DNA of 51,441 bases. Source: Thermoplasmatales archaeon. GTDB lineage: Archaea; Thermoplasmatota; E2; DHVEG-1. Made by a program: the position numbers and the translations under genes. Location of the stretch: the NCBI GenBank assembly GCA_020350365.1, contig CP070712.1, positions 64,812-116,252 on the forward strand, in the 5' to 3' direction. This document shows positions 26,658-36,120 of the stretch, piece by piece. The first letter of the stretch is position 1. Each line of letters starts with the position of its first letter. The notes beneath the pieces are model-generated. The model did no database searches, had not been told where the DNA came from, and saw nothing but the letters and a program-made list of their open reading frames with translations.

Positions 26658-27479
26658 ATGAGACCCTCTAAAAGATTTGTCAGATTGCTCGAAAAGTATT
26701 TTCCTAAACGATTCGAACTTGCAAAATTTACAAATTATCCAATTTTTAAAAAGATAATTGATAAGATGCTTTTTGATAATACAGATTTAACTATCCTTTC
26801 TAAAGACAACATTGTTGAAATAACCCTTAACAAGAAAATAGAACCAATAGAAAGCATCGTAGTTCCTTCAAAAGTTGTTGAATATTTTATTGATAAATCA
26901 AGCTATCATTTCATAATGGATTTTTGCTTATGTCGGGAAGCCATGCAATGCAGCAAATATCCAATAAATATTGGTTGCCTTTTTATGGGAGATGTTGCAA
27001 AAAAAATTCCAAAAGAGCTTGGGAAACCTGTAACAAAAAAAGAAGCCCTTGAACATGTAAAAAAATGTAGAAAGGCAGGTTTAGTTCATCTAATCGGAAG
27101 AGATAAAATAGACGAGACCTGGCTTGGGGTTGGATCAAAGATTCCATTACTTACAGTATGTAATTGCTGCAACTGTTGTTGTCTTTGGAAAATGCTTTCA
27201 CATCTTGATGATAAAATTTCCTCAAAAGTTAAAAGCATGCCTGGTGTCAAGATTATAACCAATGATAACTGCAAAGGTTGTGGGGCTTGTACGAAAGGTA
27301 TTTGTTTTGTTGATAATATAAAAATCAAAGATGGTGTTGCAGAAATAGATAAAAAATGTTTTGCTTGCGGACGATGTGTAGAAATCTGTCCAAACGATGC
27401 AATTGAACTTGTTATCGAAGATAATGATTTTATCAATAAGACAATTGAAAGAGTAAAAGATACTCAATTAAGGAACTAA
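26658..27479 (+). CDS. Fe-S protein with a C-terminal 2x[4Fe-4S] ferredoxin-type domain and an unusual CNCCNCCC cluster
   Basis: CKGCGACTKGIC and CFACGRCVEICP ferredoxin motifs, with the VCNCCNCCCLW cluster upstream. Confidence 0.7.
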   Translation: MRPSKRFVRLLEKYFPKRFELAKFTNYPIFKKIIDKMLFDNTDLTILSKDNIVEITLNKKIEPIESIVVPSKVVEYFIDKSSYHFIMDFCLCREAMQCSKYPINIGCLFMGDVAKKIPKELGKPVTKKEALEHVKKCRKAGLVHLIGRDKIDETWLGVGSKIPLLTVCNCCNCCCLWKMLSHLDDKISSKVKSMPGVKIITNDNCKGCGACTKGICFVDNIKIKDGVAEIDKKCFACGRCVEICPNDAIELVIEDNDFINKTIERVKDTQLRN

Positions 27480-27523
27480 AAACTAACAGGTTTTATTAGT
27501 AATATATTACTTCACCTTTTAAA

Positions 27524-27928
27524 ATGAAAAGTAAGTTAATTGCTCCATGTGGAATGAACTGTAACATATGCAAGTACTATAATCGAGAGAAAATTAAATG
27601 TCCGGGTTGCAGAATTGAAGATGAAAGCAAATCAAAATATTGTAAAGAATGTATTATAATCAATTGTCAAGAAATAAAAAATAAAAATTCTGATTTTTGT
27701 TTTAAATGTTCAAGGATTCCATGTAGAAGATTAAAAAATCTGGATAAAAGATATAAAACAAAATATCACATGAGCATGCTTGAAAATCTTGGGTTTATTA
27801 AAGAAAATGGAATCAAGGAATTTTTAGAAAAAGAAATGCAAAAATGGAAATGTCCGAAATGTGATGGAATTATTACATGTCATGGTGGTATGTGTCTTTC
27901 ATGCGGTTATGTAAAATACAAGAACTGA
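27524..27928 (+). CDS. Cys-rich protein, DUF3795-like
   Basis: APCGMNCNICKYY....CPGCR....C.EC....C pattern typical of DUF3795, plus C-terminal CPKCDG..C..GMCLSCG. Confidence 0.55.
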   Translation: MKSKLIAPCGMNCNICKYYNREKIKCPGCRIEDESKSKYCKECIIINCQEIKNKNSDFCFKCSRIPCRRLKNLDKRYKTKYHMSMLENLGFIKENGIKEFLEKEMQKWKCPKCDGIITCHGGMCLSCGYVKYKN

Positions 27929-27939
27929 TTAATTTTTTT

Positions 27940-28143
27940 TTAAATTGAATTTCGAGTTGGAGGATTTGAGCCAGGTGGAAATACTAAAGTAATATATTCA
28001 TATTGGATTTCATATTTCTCGTCCTTTTTTTTCTTAATTTTCTTTTTAAGAGAGCCAAAAGTTTCATCGGATAAAAGTTCAATTCCCAGGTCCATTAAAT
28101 CCTCCCATCTTTTTTTATAATCAGATAAATGAAACTCTGCCAC
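27940..28143 (-). CDS. Small hypothetical protein (67 aa, GTG start)
   Basis: GAGGTGA RBS 5 nt upstream of the GTG. Lys-rich centre. No homology signal. Confidence 0.3.
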   Translation of the reverse strand: MAEFHLSDYKKRWEDLMDLGIELLSDETFGSLKKKIKKKKDEKYEIQYEYITLVFPPGSNPPTRNSI

Positions 28144-28290
28144 CTATTTCACCTCTTCCAAATATATACGTATGCTTCTGATATTTATAATTTTATATAT
28201 TTTCAAGATTTTTAAAATAAAAGAAAAAATATTCTGAAATAATTTGATTATACCATTCAGTATAAAACCTAATTTTTTATTTCATTAAAT

Positions 28291-29448
28291 ATGAGCAATG
28301 CTGATTGGTTCAAAGATACAGTGATCTATCACATTTTGATCGATCGTTTTGCTGGATTTAAATCCATAGAAAATTGGGAGAGGCCGGAATTTTTAGGTGG
28401 AAACATTAAGGGCATTATTGAAAAACTTTCGTATTTAGAAGGCCTTGGAATAAAAACAATATGGATTTCACCATTTTACAAAACAAGTGAATATCATGGT
28501 TATCATGTCACAGATTTTTTTGAGGTTGACCAACATTTTGGGACAACAAATGATATAAAAGAATTAATTGAAAAAGTTCATAAAAAAGATATGAAAATAA
28601 TTGCAGATTTTGTGCCCAATCATTGTTCAAAGAATCATCCCTATTTTCTGGAAGCTCAAAGAAAAAAGAATAGTGAATATAGAAACTGGTTTTATTTTGA
28701 TAAATGGCCTGATAAATATCGCTGTTTCCTAAGTATAAAACAAATTCCAAAAATAAATCTTGAAAATGAAGATGCTAGAACTTATATAATAAACGCAGCA
28801 AAGCATTGGCTTTCCTTAGGTTTTGATGGTTACAGACTAGATCATTGTATAGGTCCCTCACATAATTTTTGGCAAATATTTACAAGAGAAATAAAAAAGA
28901 TGTTTCCAAATGTTGTCTTGATCGGGGAAGCATGGATGAAGGGAATTAAATTCAAGGAACTTAAAACTATCAATATTAGAAATAAGACTATAAAATGGCT
29001 TTTTGGTGCATCATCTGACAAACTATTGGCAGAGTATATTGGTGAACTTGATGGTGTTCTTGATTTCAGATTTCAAGAATTAATAAAAAGCTATATAGCT
29101 ACAGGCAACATTGGAAAAGAAGATTTTTATAATGAGTTAAAACATCATTATAAAAAATATCCGCAAGAATACTACCTTCCAACCTTTTTAGACAATCATG
29201 ATATGAATCGTTTCTTGTTTGATTGTAAAAATGATAAAGAAAAACTAAAAAAGGCAGCAAAAATCCAATTCTCAATTTCCCAACCTCAAATAATTTATTA
29301 TGGTACAGAGATTGGATTGTCACAGGAAAAATCAATATGGAGTTTTACTTCACATGGCGACCTACAGGCCCGACGTCCGATGAATTGGGGTAATATAGAT
29401 TCTAATCTAAAAAAATTTTATAGCTCGCTAATAAAAAATAATAGATAA
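28291..29448 (+). CDS. GH13 alpha-amylase-family glycoside hydrolase (cytoplasmic, no signal peptide)
   Basis: GH13 conserved regions DFVPNH, GYRLDHC, GEAW, FLDNHDMNRF, and N-terminal WFKDTVIYHILIDRF..GG.IKGI.EKL.YL..LGI..IWISP. Confidence 0.85.
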   Translation: MSNADWFKDTVIYHILIDRFAGFKSIENWERPEFLGGNIKGIIEKLSYLEGLGIKTIWISPFYKTSEYHGYHVTDFFEVDQHFGTTNDIKELIEKVHKKDMKIIADFVPNHCSKNHPYFLEAQRKKNSEYRNWFYFDKWPDKYRCFLSIKQIPKINLENEDARTYIINAAKHWLSLGFDGYRLDHCIGPSHNFWQIFTREIKKMFPNVVLIGEAWMKGIKFKELKTINIRNKTIKWLFGASSDKLLAEYIGELDGVLDFRFQELIKSYIATGNIGKEDFYNELKHHYKKYPQEYYLPTFLDNHDMNRFLFDCKNDKEKLKKAAKIQFSISQPQIIYYGTEIGLSQEKSIWSFTSHGDLQARRPMNWGNIDSNLKKFYSSLIKNNR

Positions 29449-29532
29449 CATGATTATTTCTCACAAAATTTAATAAAATCTGTGAGTTATTTCTTCAATT
29501 CGTTATTTGATAATATTTTTTTTCGTTTGAAT

Positions 29533-29689
29533 AAATACTTATTTGTATACATAAAAATATATATTAAATAATCGTGGTTATTTTGAACATATCAAATACT
29601 ATTTCAATATTTAGTTTTAGTTTGTTCAAATATTATATGATAACTCTTTTATTTAAAATTTATTTTTAAAAATAAATGGAGGTATAATT
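29533..29689 (+). promoter_or_regulatory. Conserved ~155-bp upstream region (copy A) of C25 gene 29690..31912, with inverted repeat TTTGAACA/TGTTCAAA and an A/T-rich TATA-like box
   Basis: Aligns at roughly 75% identity (by eye) with 36145-36298. Inverted-repeat arms at 29583-29589 and 29623-29629. GGAGG RBS at 29678-29682. Confidence 0.4.
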
Positions 29690-31912
29690 ATGAAAAAAAT
29701 ATTTACAATTTTTTTAATAGGGCTTTTAGTAATTTGTGGTTTTGGAGCTAGTGCGATTGAAGAAGAAACAAAAAATTTTGATTTATTCGAAATTAATGAT
29801 GGAACAATTAGTGTAATAATACAAGTTGAAACAGTTGATATTGAAAAAACGATAAATGGAGATAAAATATCAATTGATGGCTTTGGTCAATTATTGGTTA
29901 CTGGAAAACCAAAAATGCCATCAAAAATAATATCTATTGCCATTCCGCCAGGTGCAAGGTTAGTGGATATAAATTATGAAGTTGAAAAAGAAGTTATCCT
30001 TCCCGGAAACTATCAAATAATAAAAGCTCAACCACCAGATATTGAATTAGAAAAGAAAAAAGATTCCAAATTATTTGAAATATACCATTATAAAGAAGAT
30101 TATGAAAATGTATACAATAGCAACAATCCTTATCCATCATCTATTATAGAATATGTCCAATCTTCAGGTTATAGAAAGTACAATTTGGTAGATGTCAGAG
30201 TAAACCCGGCAACATATTATCCTTTAGATGGTAAATTGATTTACTACCCTGAAATAAAAATAGATATCAGTTACACATTTGAAGTTGATTTTTCAATTGA
30301 TGATATAATAAACGATAATATCTACAAGACCGAAAGCTTTGCAAAGACTATCATTTATAATTACGAAAAAGCAAAAGATTGGTATCTAGAATCTGATCGC
30401 GGCAGGCAAACATATGATTATGTAATAATCACACTTGACTCATTGACCTCATATATAGATGATTTGGTAGCATGGGAAGAAGCAAAAGGAAAAAATGTTT
30501 TTGTCGCAACAACAGATTGGATTGATTTAAATTATGAAGGATACGATCTTGCTGAAAAAATGAGGAATTTTTTAAGGGAAAAGTATCCATCTGAACAATG
30601 GGGAATACAAGACCTAATAATAATTGGTCATAGAGATGACATACCTATGCGACTTACCTGGCAGGATATCGGTGGTGGAAAACCAGAAACAGATTATTAT
30701 TATGCAGAGCTATCTCTTCCAGATAATGAATCTTGGGATGCTGATGGAGATCATCAATATGGCGAGGATTCTGATCCAATTGATTTTTATGGTGAGATAA
30801 ATGTTGGTAGAATACCTTGGAGCGATCCATTAACTGTTCAACATATCTGTGAAAAATCTGTAATTTATGAACAAAACAACGACCCTTCATTCAAAAACAA
30901 TATTCTACTTCTTGCAGCCTTTATTGATAGCAATACAGATGGAGCTGTTTTTATGGAATATTCAGCAAACAAATCTATTCATCCTTGGATGGCTTACTTT
31001 ATGAAAACACGTCTTTATGAGTTTCGCTCTAGCTATGAAAAAGATTATATTCTTACTCATCAAAATGTAGTAGATATATGGTCATCTGGAAAATATGGAT
31101 TTGTCAGCTGGCATGCACATGGTTCACCAAATGGTTGTTCATTTATAACAGTTGATGATTGCGATTTATTAAATGACGATTATCCAGCAATTATTAGTGC
31201 TGCATCCTGTAGCAATTCTGATACAGATTACCTAAATATTGGTCAGGCAATGATGAAAAAAGGAGCTGTTGGTTTTCTTGGGGCAAATAAAGCTGCATAT
31301 TATTGTTCTGGTTGGGATGATCCTAATGATGGTAGTGACCAATCCTTTAAATATTTCTTCAAATCAAAAGTGACATCTGGAGATTATACTCAAGGGCAGG
31401 CTCATCAATACGCAATTAGTGAAATGTATGAGAGAGGCTTGTGGTACGATTTAAAATATGAAACCTTTATACATGGCTCTTTATGGGGAAATCCAGATTT
31501 AGGGATGAACTCATTAAGTGAAAATGATCCACCAGAAAAACCTATGCAAGCATTAGGTCCATTAAATGGAAAAGTTGGGGTTGAATACTTCTATTCCTCA
31601 TCAACAACAGATCCAAACAATGAAGAACTTTTCTACCTATTTGACTGGGGTGATGGGACAAATAGTGGATGGTTTGGACCATATATATCTGGAGGACCTG
31701 TTGAAGCATCACATACCTGGTCTGATGTAGATAACTTTGAAATAAAGATAATAGCCCAAGATATCAATGGAACAAAAAGTGTATGGTCTGACCCAGTTAG
31801 TGTTGAGATACCACGATTAAAAACACAAACTTTCAAAGTTATTATGTTTGAGTGGTTATTCGAAAGATTTGCCAATGCAATTCCATTTATAAAATATATA
31901 TTAGGGCAATAA
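29690..31912 (+). CDS. Secreted peptidase C25 (gingipain-like) with N-terminal pro/Ig-like region, PKD-like module and cassette tail
   Basis: DLIIIGHRDDIPMR, ETDYYYAELS...EINVGRIPW, SWHAHGSPNG (His), ISAASCSNSD (Cys). Module at nt ~31520-31822. Tail IPRLKTQTFKVIMFEWLFERFANAIPFIKYILGQ*. Confidence 0.85.
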   Translation: MKKIFTIFLIGLLVICGFGASAIEEETKNFDLFEINDGTISVIIQVETVDIEKTINGDKISIDGFGQLLVTGKPKMPSKIISIAIPPGARLVDINYEVEKEVILPGNYQIIKAQPPDIELEKKKDSKLFEIYHYKEDYENVYNSNNPYPSSIIEYVQSSGYRKYNLVDVRVNPATYYPLDGKLIYYPEIKIDISYTFEVDFSIDDIINDNIYKTESFAKTIIYNYEKAKDWYLESDRGRQTYDYVIITLDSLTSYIDDLVAWEEAKGKNVFVATTDWIDLNYEGYDLAEKMRNFLREKYPSEQWGIQDLIIIGHRDDIPMRLTWQDIGGGKPETDYYYAELSLPDNESWDADGDHQYGEDSDPIDFYGEINVGRIPWSDPLTVQHICEKSVIYEQNNDPSFKNNILLLAAFIDSNTDGAVFMEYSANKSIHPWMAYFMKTRLYEFRSSYEKDYILTHQNVVDIWSSGKYGFVSWHAHGSPNGCSFITVDDCDLLNDDYPAIISAASCSNSDTDYLNIGQAMMKKGAVGFLGANKAAYYCSGWDDPNDGSDQSFKYFFKSKVTSGDYTQGQAHQYAISEMYERGLWYDLKYETFIHGSLWGNPDLGMNSLSENDPPEKPMQALGPLNGKVGVEYFYSSSTTDPNNEELFYLFDWGDGTNSGWFGPYISGGPVEASHTWSDVDNFEIKIIAQDINGTKSVWSDPVSVEIPRLKTQTFKVIMFEWLFERFANAIPFIKYILGQ

Positions 31913-31924
31913 AAATTGCCCTAA
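31901..31924 (+). terminator. Perfect 10-bp hairpin spanning the stop codon of 29690..31912, between convergent genes
   Basis: TTAGGGCAAT (31901-31910), loop AAAA, ATTGCCCTAA (31915-31924). TAA stop at 31910-31912. Confidence 0.5.
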
Positions 31925-31956
31925 ATTTAAATATTGGGTTTAAACCAAGTTCTACT

Positions 31957-32379
31957 CTACTCAAAAAGAAAAACAAAGTTACGAATTGATATTCCACTTC
32001 TTGTAACAACTTTACCTTCTGCTTCAGCAGTAATTGTTATTAATTTTATTCCATCAGGATAGCAAATTAAAGGGCTGATATGCTGAGTATGAGATATTTC
32101 TGATGCTACAGTTTCGTTTGATACATAAGTGCCATCCAAGCCATTCAGAAAAAAATAATCAAGTGTTAAGTTAACAAAAAGATTTATATCTTCAGTTTTG
32201 TGATTTAATGTTTCAACACAAACTCCAAATCCATTATCTTTTCCACGATAACCAGCAGATATACTGATTTCAACATCGTTTTCAACTTTTCCCAAAGATT
32301 GTGCATTAATAATAGAAGATGGTATAGCTAGTACTATAAATAGCGTACAAATAACTATTAAAATTATTTTCCTCTTCAT
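31957..32379 (-). CDS. Small secreted hypothetical protein (140 aa)
   Basis: Signal peptide MKRKIILIVICTLFIVLAIPSSIINA. Beta-rich. Convergent with the C25 gene. Confidence 0.55.
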   Translation of the reverse strand: MKRKIILIVICTLFIVLAIPSSIINAQSLGKVENDVEISISAGYRGKDNGFGVCVETLNHKTEDINLFVNLTLDYFFLNGLDGTYVSNETVASEISHTQHISPLICYPDGIKLITITAEAEGKVVTRSGISIRNFVFLFE

Positions 32380-32520
32380 GATTTATCACCATAATTATTA
32401 ATTAGTTGATACATTTAAAAGAGTTACAATTGAAATTTAATGAAAAACGGAAATAATTATTCAGATTTTTTCCATTTGTAAAATTTTTATCTTTTTAATT
32501 TTGATGAAGAATCAAAAAAA

Positions 32521-33489
32521 CTATATTTCTGGAATATATTGACTTTTATATATCTTTGAGATATATGATTGTTTATAGTTTTTTATTGTATCTGGAAACT
32601 TGTTTATCAGATCAGCCATAATATCTTGAAGTTGATCAAAACTTTTTACATAAAATTCCAGTTCCAGGTCAGCGTAACCCGCTGATCTATCAATTAATAT
32701 CAGGTAAGGATTTTTTTTGATATATGCTATTATTCTTCTTATCTTTGAATAATCTGCCAAATCAATATCCACTTTAAAATATTCATAACCAAGTTTTGAA
32801 TAATCAATATGCACTCTGAAACCCTGAATTACCTCTAAATCAATTAATTTTCTAATTCTGTCTCTTATTGTCTTACCAGAAACTTTTAGTTTTTCTATCA
32901 TTTCAACGATTTGAATTCTTGAATTTGATGCAAGGAGTTTTAATATTTTAAAATCAAGATTGTCATATTCCACCTGAGAACCTCCACCAACTATTGTAAA
33001 ATCCTCTCTGTCCTTTTTTGGATAGTTATCAAGAATAAATGAAAATCTATAATGATATAATTGGGTGTATGGGGAAAAAATTTGTTGAGCAAAATACTTT
33101 CTATATTTGAAGAGTGTCTTTTCCCAAAAACTGTAGAAATCATTTATTTTCTTCACCCAAATTATTACAACAAGGTCATATCTACCAGTGGTACTTCCGA
33201 CCCACCAAGTGTATTTGTTTTTAATAAAATAATCTATGATTTCTTTTTCAATTTCCTGATTGATGTTTTCAAATACAAGATAAAATCGTTGGCTTGTATA
33301 TCCAAGTTTAAATGTATCAATGACAGTGTAAAAATTTTTAATAATTCCTCTTTCTTGAAGGCGCTTTATCCTATAACTGACATTTGCTTTTGAGAGATTA
33401 ATTTTTTTTCCAATATCAGAAATCGTTTGTCTGGAGTTTAAATCCAATTGATATAGAATTTTTTTATCAATATTGTCAAGTTCAATCAT
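32521..33489 (-). CDS. Fused double Lrp/AsnC-family transcriptional regulator (paralogue of 5264..6271)
   Basis: Two HTH units: DKKILYQLDLNSRQTISDIGKKINLSKANVSYRIKRLQERGII and DFKILKLLASNSRIQIVEMIEKLKVSGKTIRDRIRKLIDLEVI. 322 aa. Confidence 0.8.
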   Translation of the reverse strand: MIELDNIDKKILYQLDLNSRQTISDIGKKINLSKANVSYRIKRLQERGIIKNFYTVIDTFKLGYTSQRFYLVFENINQEIEKEIIDYFIKNKYTWWVGSTTGRYDLVVIIWVKKINDFYSFWEKTLFKYRKYFAQQIFSPYTQLYHYRFSFILDNYPKKDREDFTIVGGGSQVEYDNLDFKILKLLASNSRIQIVEMIEKLKVSGKTIRDRIRKLIDLEVIQGFRVHIDYSKLGYEYFKVDIDLADYSKIRRIIAYIKKNPYLILIDRSAGYADLELEFYVKSFDQLQDIMADLINKFPDTIKNYKQSYISKIYKSQYIPEI

Positions 33490-33619
33490 TAATTGTTCAT
33501 ATGGTAATTATTATTTAAAATTATTTCCATTTGTAAAAAAATTAAAATGAAATATTTTTTATTGTTTCCTTTTCTTATTGAAATATGATAAAAAATAAAA
33601 AAATATTGGAGGAAGAGTT

Positions 33620-34855
33620 ATGAAAATTAAAAAAATATTTGTAAAATATTTTACAATATTTATTGCAATTACAATTTTTTTGCCATCAATTCTTGCACAA
33701 ACATCAGATAATAATCAAAAAAGCATATTTCAAAAAAATAAATCAAATATAATTGAGACGAAGAGTTGGACTGCTTTATATTATTTAGATGTTGATTGGG
33801 ATTCAAATAATTTCGATGCTCTTGAATATTGGTTCATTGATGAAATCGCTTCAAATGAACATCTTAATGTAATTGTAATTCAAGACAGAGAAAACGATCC
33901 TGCTTATTTGTATTATATTGATGAGAACCACAACAAAATCCTTCTTGAAGAACTTGGAGAAATAAACATGGGAGATTACCAAACATTAAGAGATTTTATT
34001 GCCTTTGGTAAAGAAAACTATCCTGCTGACCGCTATCAATTAAATATATACAATCATGGGGGTGCATGGATGGGTGCCTGCATCGATACCACTGATAATG
34101 ATCAACTTATCATGGATGAATTCCAACAAGCTCTATCTGAAACAGGCGGAGTAGATATTTTGTTCTGGATAGGTTGTTGTCTTATGGGTTCAATTGAGAC
34201 AGTATATGAACTTACTGGTCTTGTTGATGTATCTGTAGGTAGCGAAGATTTAGGATTTATGGATTGGTGGAACAACGTCTTTGATGATATGTGCACTATT
34301 GTAAAAGATGATCCTTACATTACGACAGCTGACCTTGGTAAGAGTATTGTTGAAATCATTGGTGATAATCCAAATTCTTATTCAAATTATTTAACGATGA
34401 GCGCAATTGATGTCAACAAAGTACCTGCTCTTGTTGATGCATTCAATTCTCTAAGTAAAGATTTAGGAAAAAAATGGTTTCGAGAAGGTTTTAAAAAGAC
34501 AAAACTAGCCCATGACCAAACATATCAATTAGCCCAAATTGACCAATATGCTGAAATGTTTGAAGTTTATGACCTTAAAGAATTTGTTGAAAATCTTGAT
34601 CAAAATGATTTGACAATATCAGTTTTGAACGCATTTGATGAAGCAGTTATAATAAAACGTCATGGTGAAGACAGAGAAAGAACCAATGGATTATCTATAT
34701 TCTTTCCTTCATGGATATCAAGATACAAGTTGTTAAACTCATATAACAATAAAAATATTGCCAGAAACCTTGATTTTCCTAAAGATACGATCTGGAATGA
34801 ATTTCTGAATCTCTTTGTAATTACCAACATACTATTTGGGAGGCTATTAACATGA
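33620..34855 (+). CDS. Secreted peptidase C11 (clostripain-like, clan CD), no cassette
   Basis: WTALYYLDVDWDSNN, VIVIQDRE, ELGEINMGDYQTLRDFI, YPADRYQLNIYNHGGAW (His-Gly), ILFWIGCCLMGSIE (Cys). Signal peptide present. The stop overlaps the next gene's start (ATGA). Confidence 0.85.
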   Translation: MKIKKIFVKYFTIFIAITIFLPSILAQTSDNNQKSIFQKNKSNIIETKSWTALYYLDVDWDSNNFDALEYWFIDEIASNEHLNVIVIQDRENDPAYLYYIDENHNKILLEELGEINMGDYQTLRDFIAFGKENYPADRYQLNIYNHGGAWMGACIDTTDNDQLIMDEFQQALSETGGVDILFWIGCCLMGSIETVYELTGLVDVSVGSEDLGFMDWWNNVFDDMCTIVKDDPYITTADLGKSIVEIIGDNPNSYSNYLTMSAIDVNKVPALVDAFNSLSKDLGKKWFREGFKKTKLAHDQTYQLAQIDQYAEMFEVYDLKEFVENLDQNDLTISVLNAFDEAVIIKRHGEDRERTNGLSIFFPSWISRYKLLNSYNNKNIARNLDFPKDTIWNEFLNLFVITNILFGRLLT

Positions 34856-36120
34856 AAATTATCAATAAAAAATCTAATAATATTTCAAATATGAAGAAAA
34901 TTCCTATCTTGTTAGTAATATCATTAGTAATGCTTCTGTTATCTAACAATTGCTCCTTAGCATGTACTGGATTTACATATTCAGAAGGTGAACAGGTCCT
35001 AGTAGGAAGCAATGAAGACTGGAATGATTATGATTTCTGGATAAGGTTCTTAGTCGCTGAAAAGGATACATACGGACGATTAATATTTGAGAATGATTGG
35101 CCAATACCACCTGATCCAAATTGGCGTTGCCCACAGGCTGGTATGAATGATCAAGGGTTGTTCTATGATTGTTTTGCAACCCCTTATTTATTACCTGTAA
35201 ACTCTTCTTATAAACCGCATTATTACAACAGCAGTGATCATTACAAATATTCGCTTGAGTCATATTGTCTGTCGGTTTGTTCAACAATAGAGGAAGTACT
35301 TGATCTTTATGATAGTTATAACCTTGAACATATGGAAAGATATCAAGTTTTATGGGTTGATAAAACGGGTGCTTCAATTATAATTGAAGGTGACGATATC
35401 GTCTTTAAACAAGGAGAGTACCAGGTTGTAACAAATTTCATACAAACACATCCAGAACTTGGCGGATACCCATGCTGGAGATACAATACCGCAGTGGATA
35501 TGCTTGATAACATGAATGATTTAACAGTTGAATATTTCTCAGCAATATGCAATGCAACGCATCAGACTGGGACATATCCAAGTGTCTATTCAGGAGTTTA
35601 TGATTTAAACGAAGAAATTCTCTATCTTTATTATTTCTATAATTATGACAATGTTGTGGTAATAGATTTGAATGAAGAACTATTGCTTGGGGAACATGTC
35701 TATTTTTTAGCAGATCTATTTGAATCGTTTAACCAACCACCAGATAAACCAAATACTCCAATAGGACCTGTTTCAGGTAAAATAGGTAAAAAATTCACAT
35801 ATGAAAGTCAAACAACAGACCCTGATAATGACCAATTAAATTATATTTTTGACTGGGGGGATGGGACAAATAGCGGTTGGCAAGGTCCTGTTAATTCCGG
35901 AGACAAATTTGAGGCATCACATAGATGGATAATACAGGGAAGCTTCAATATTAAAGTAAAAGCAAGAGACTCAAAGGGACTGGAAAGTGAATGGTCAGAT
36001 CCAATAACTGTAACAATTCCCAGAAACAGAGAATCTATACTGAGTTTTAATTTATTAGAGTGGATTTTCGAAAGATTCCCAAATATGTTTCCTATCATTA
36101 GATATTTGATTGGGCAATAA
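34852..36120 (+). CDS. Secreted Cys-Ntn hydrolase (choloylglycine hydrolase family) with PKD-like module and cassette tail; paralogue of 6733..7965
   Basis: ..CSLA|CTGF nucleophile context, GMNDQGLF, GGYPCWRYNTAVDML shared with the paralogue. Module at nt ~35731-36030. Tail IPRNRESILSFNLLEWIFERFPNMFPIIRYLIGQ*. GGGAGG RBS inside the end of the C11 gene. Confidence 0.8.
   Translation: MKIINKKSNNISNMKKIPILLVISLVMLLLSNNCSLACTGFTYSEGEQVLVGSNEDWNDYDFWIRFLVAEKDTYGRLIFENDWPIPPDPNWRCPQAGMNDQGLFYDCFATPYLLPVNSSYKPHYYNSSDHYKYSLESYCLSVCSTIEEVLDLYDSYNLEHMERYQVLWVDKTGASIIIEGDDIVFKQGEYQVVTNFIQTHPELGGYPCWRYNTAVDMLDNMNDLTVEYFSAICNATHQTGTYPSVYSGVYDLNEEILYLYYFYNYDNVVVIDLNEELLLGEHVYFLADLFESFNQPPDKPNTPIGPVSGKIGKKFTYESQTTDPDNDQLNYIFDWGDGTNSGWQGPVNSGDKFEASHRWIIQGSFNIKVKARDSKGLESEWSDPITVTIPRNRESILSFNLLEWIFERFPNMFPIIRYLIGQ

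Noticed and set aside
32470-33538. Exact 14-mer TTCCATTTGTAAAA on both sides of the Lrp-like gene (32470-32483 and 33525-33538)
   Set aside because: In a ~30% G+C window of this size, many exact 14-mer coincidences are expected by chance. There is no extended similarity around the two copies.
34780-34852. The C-terminus of the C11 peptidase (..WNEFLNLFVITNILFGRLLT*) looks faintly like a degenerate cassette tail
   Set aside because: Only a generic hydrophobic pattern and ..LFG..LL. are shared. It has no FERFPN or FP.LRY core, no P-R-x-[RK] junction and no module. The similarity is too weak to claim.
34973-35377. 134-aa antisense ORF inside the Ntn amidase gene. Similar shadow ORFs occur at 35343..35552, 35841..36098, 33061..33393, 27086..27436, 27222..27467, 16368..16712, 16872..17162, 50039..50470, 50867..51136, 51173..51427, 46748..47056 and 44670..44972, with the other short overlaps in the track
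   Set aside because: All overlap confidently assigned genes, either on the opposite strand or in another frame. They lack RBS and motifs and have skewed composition.
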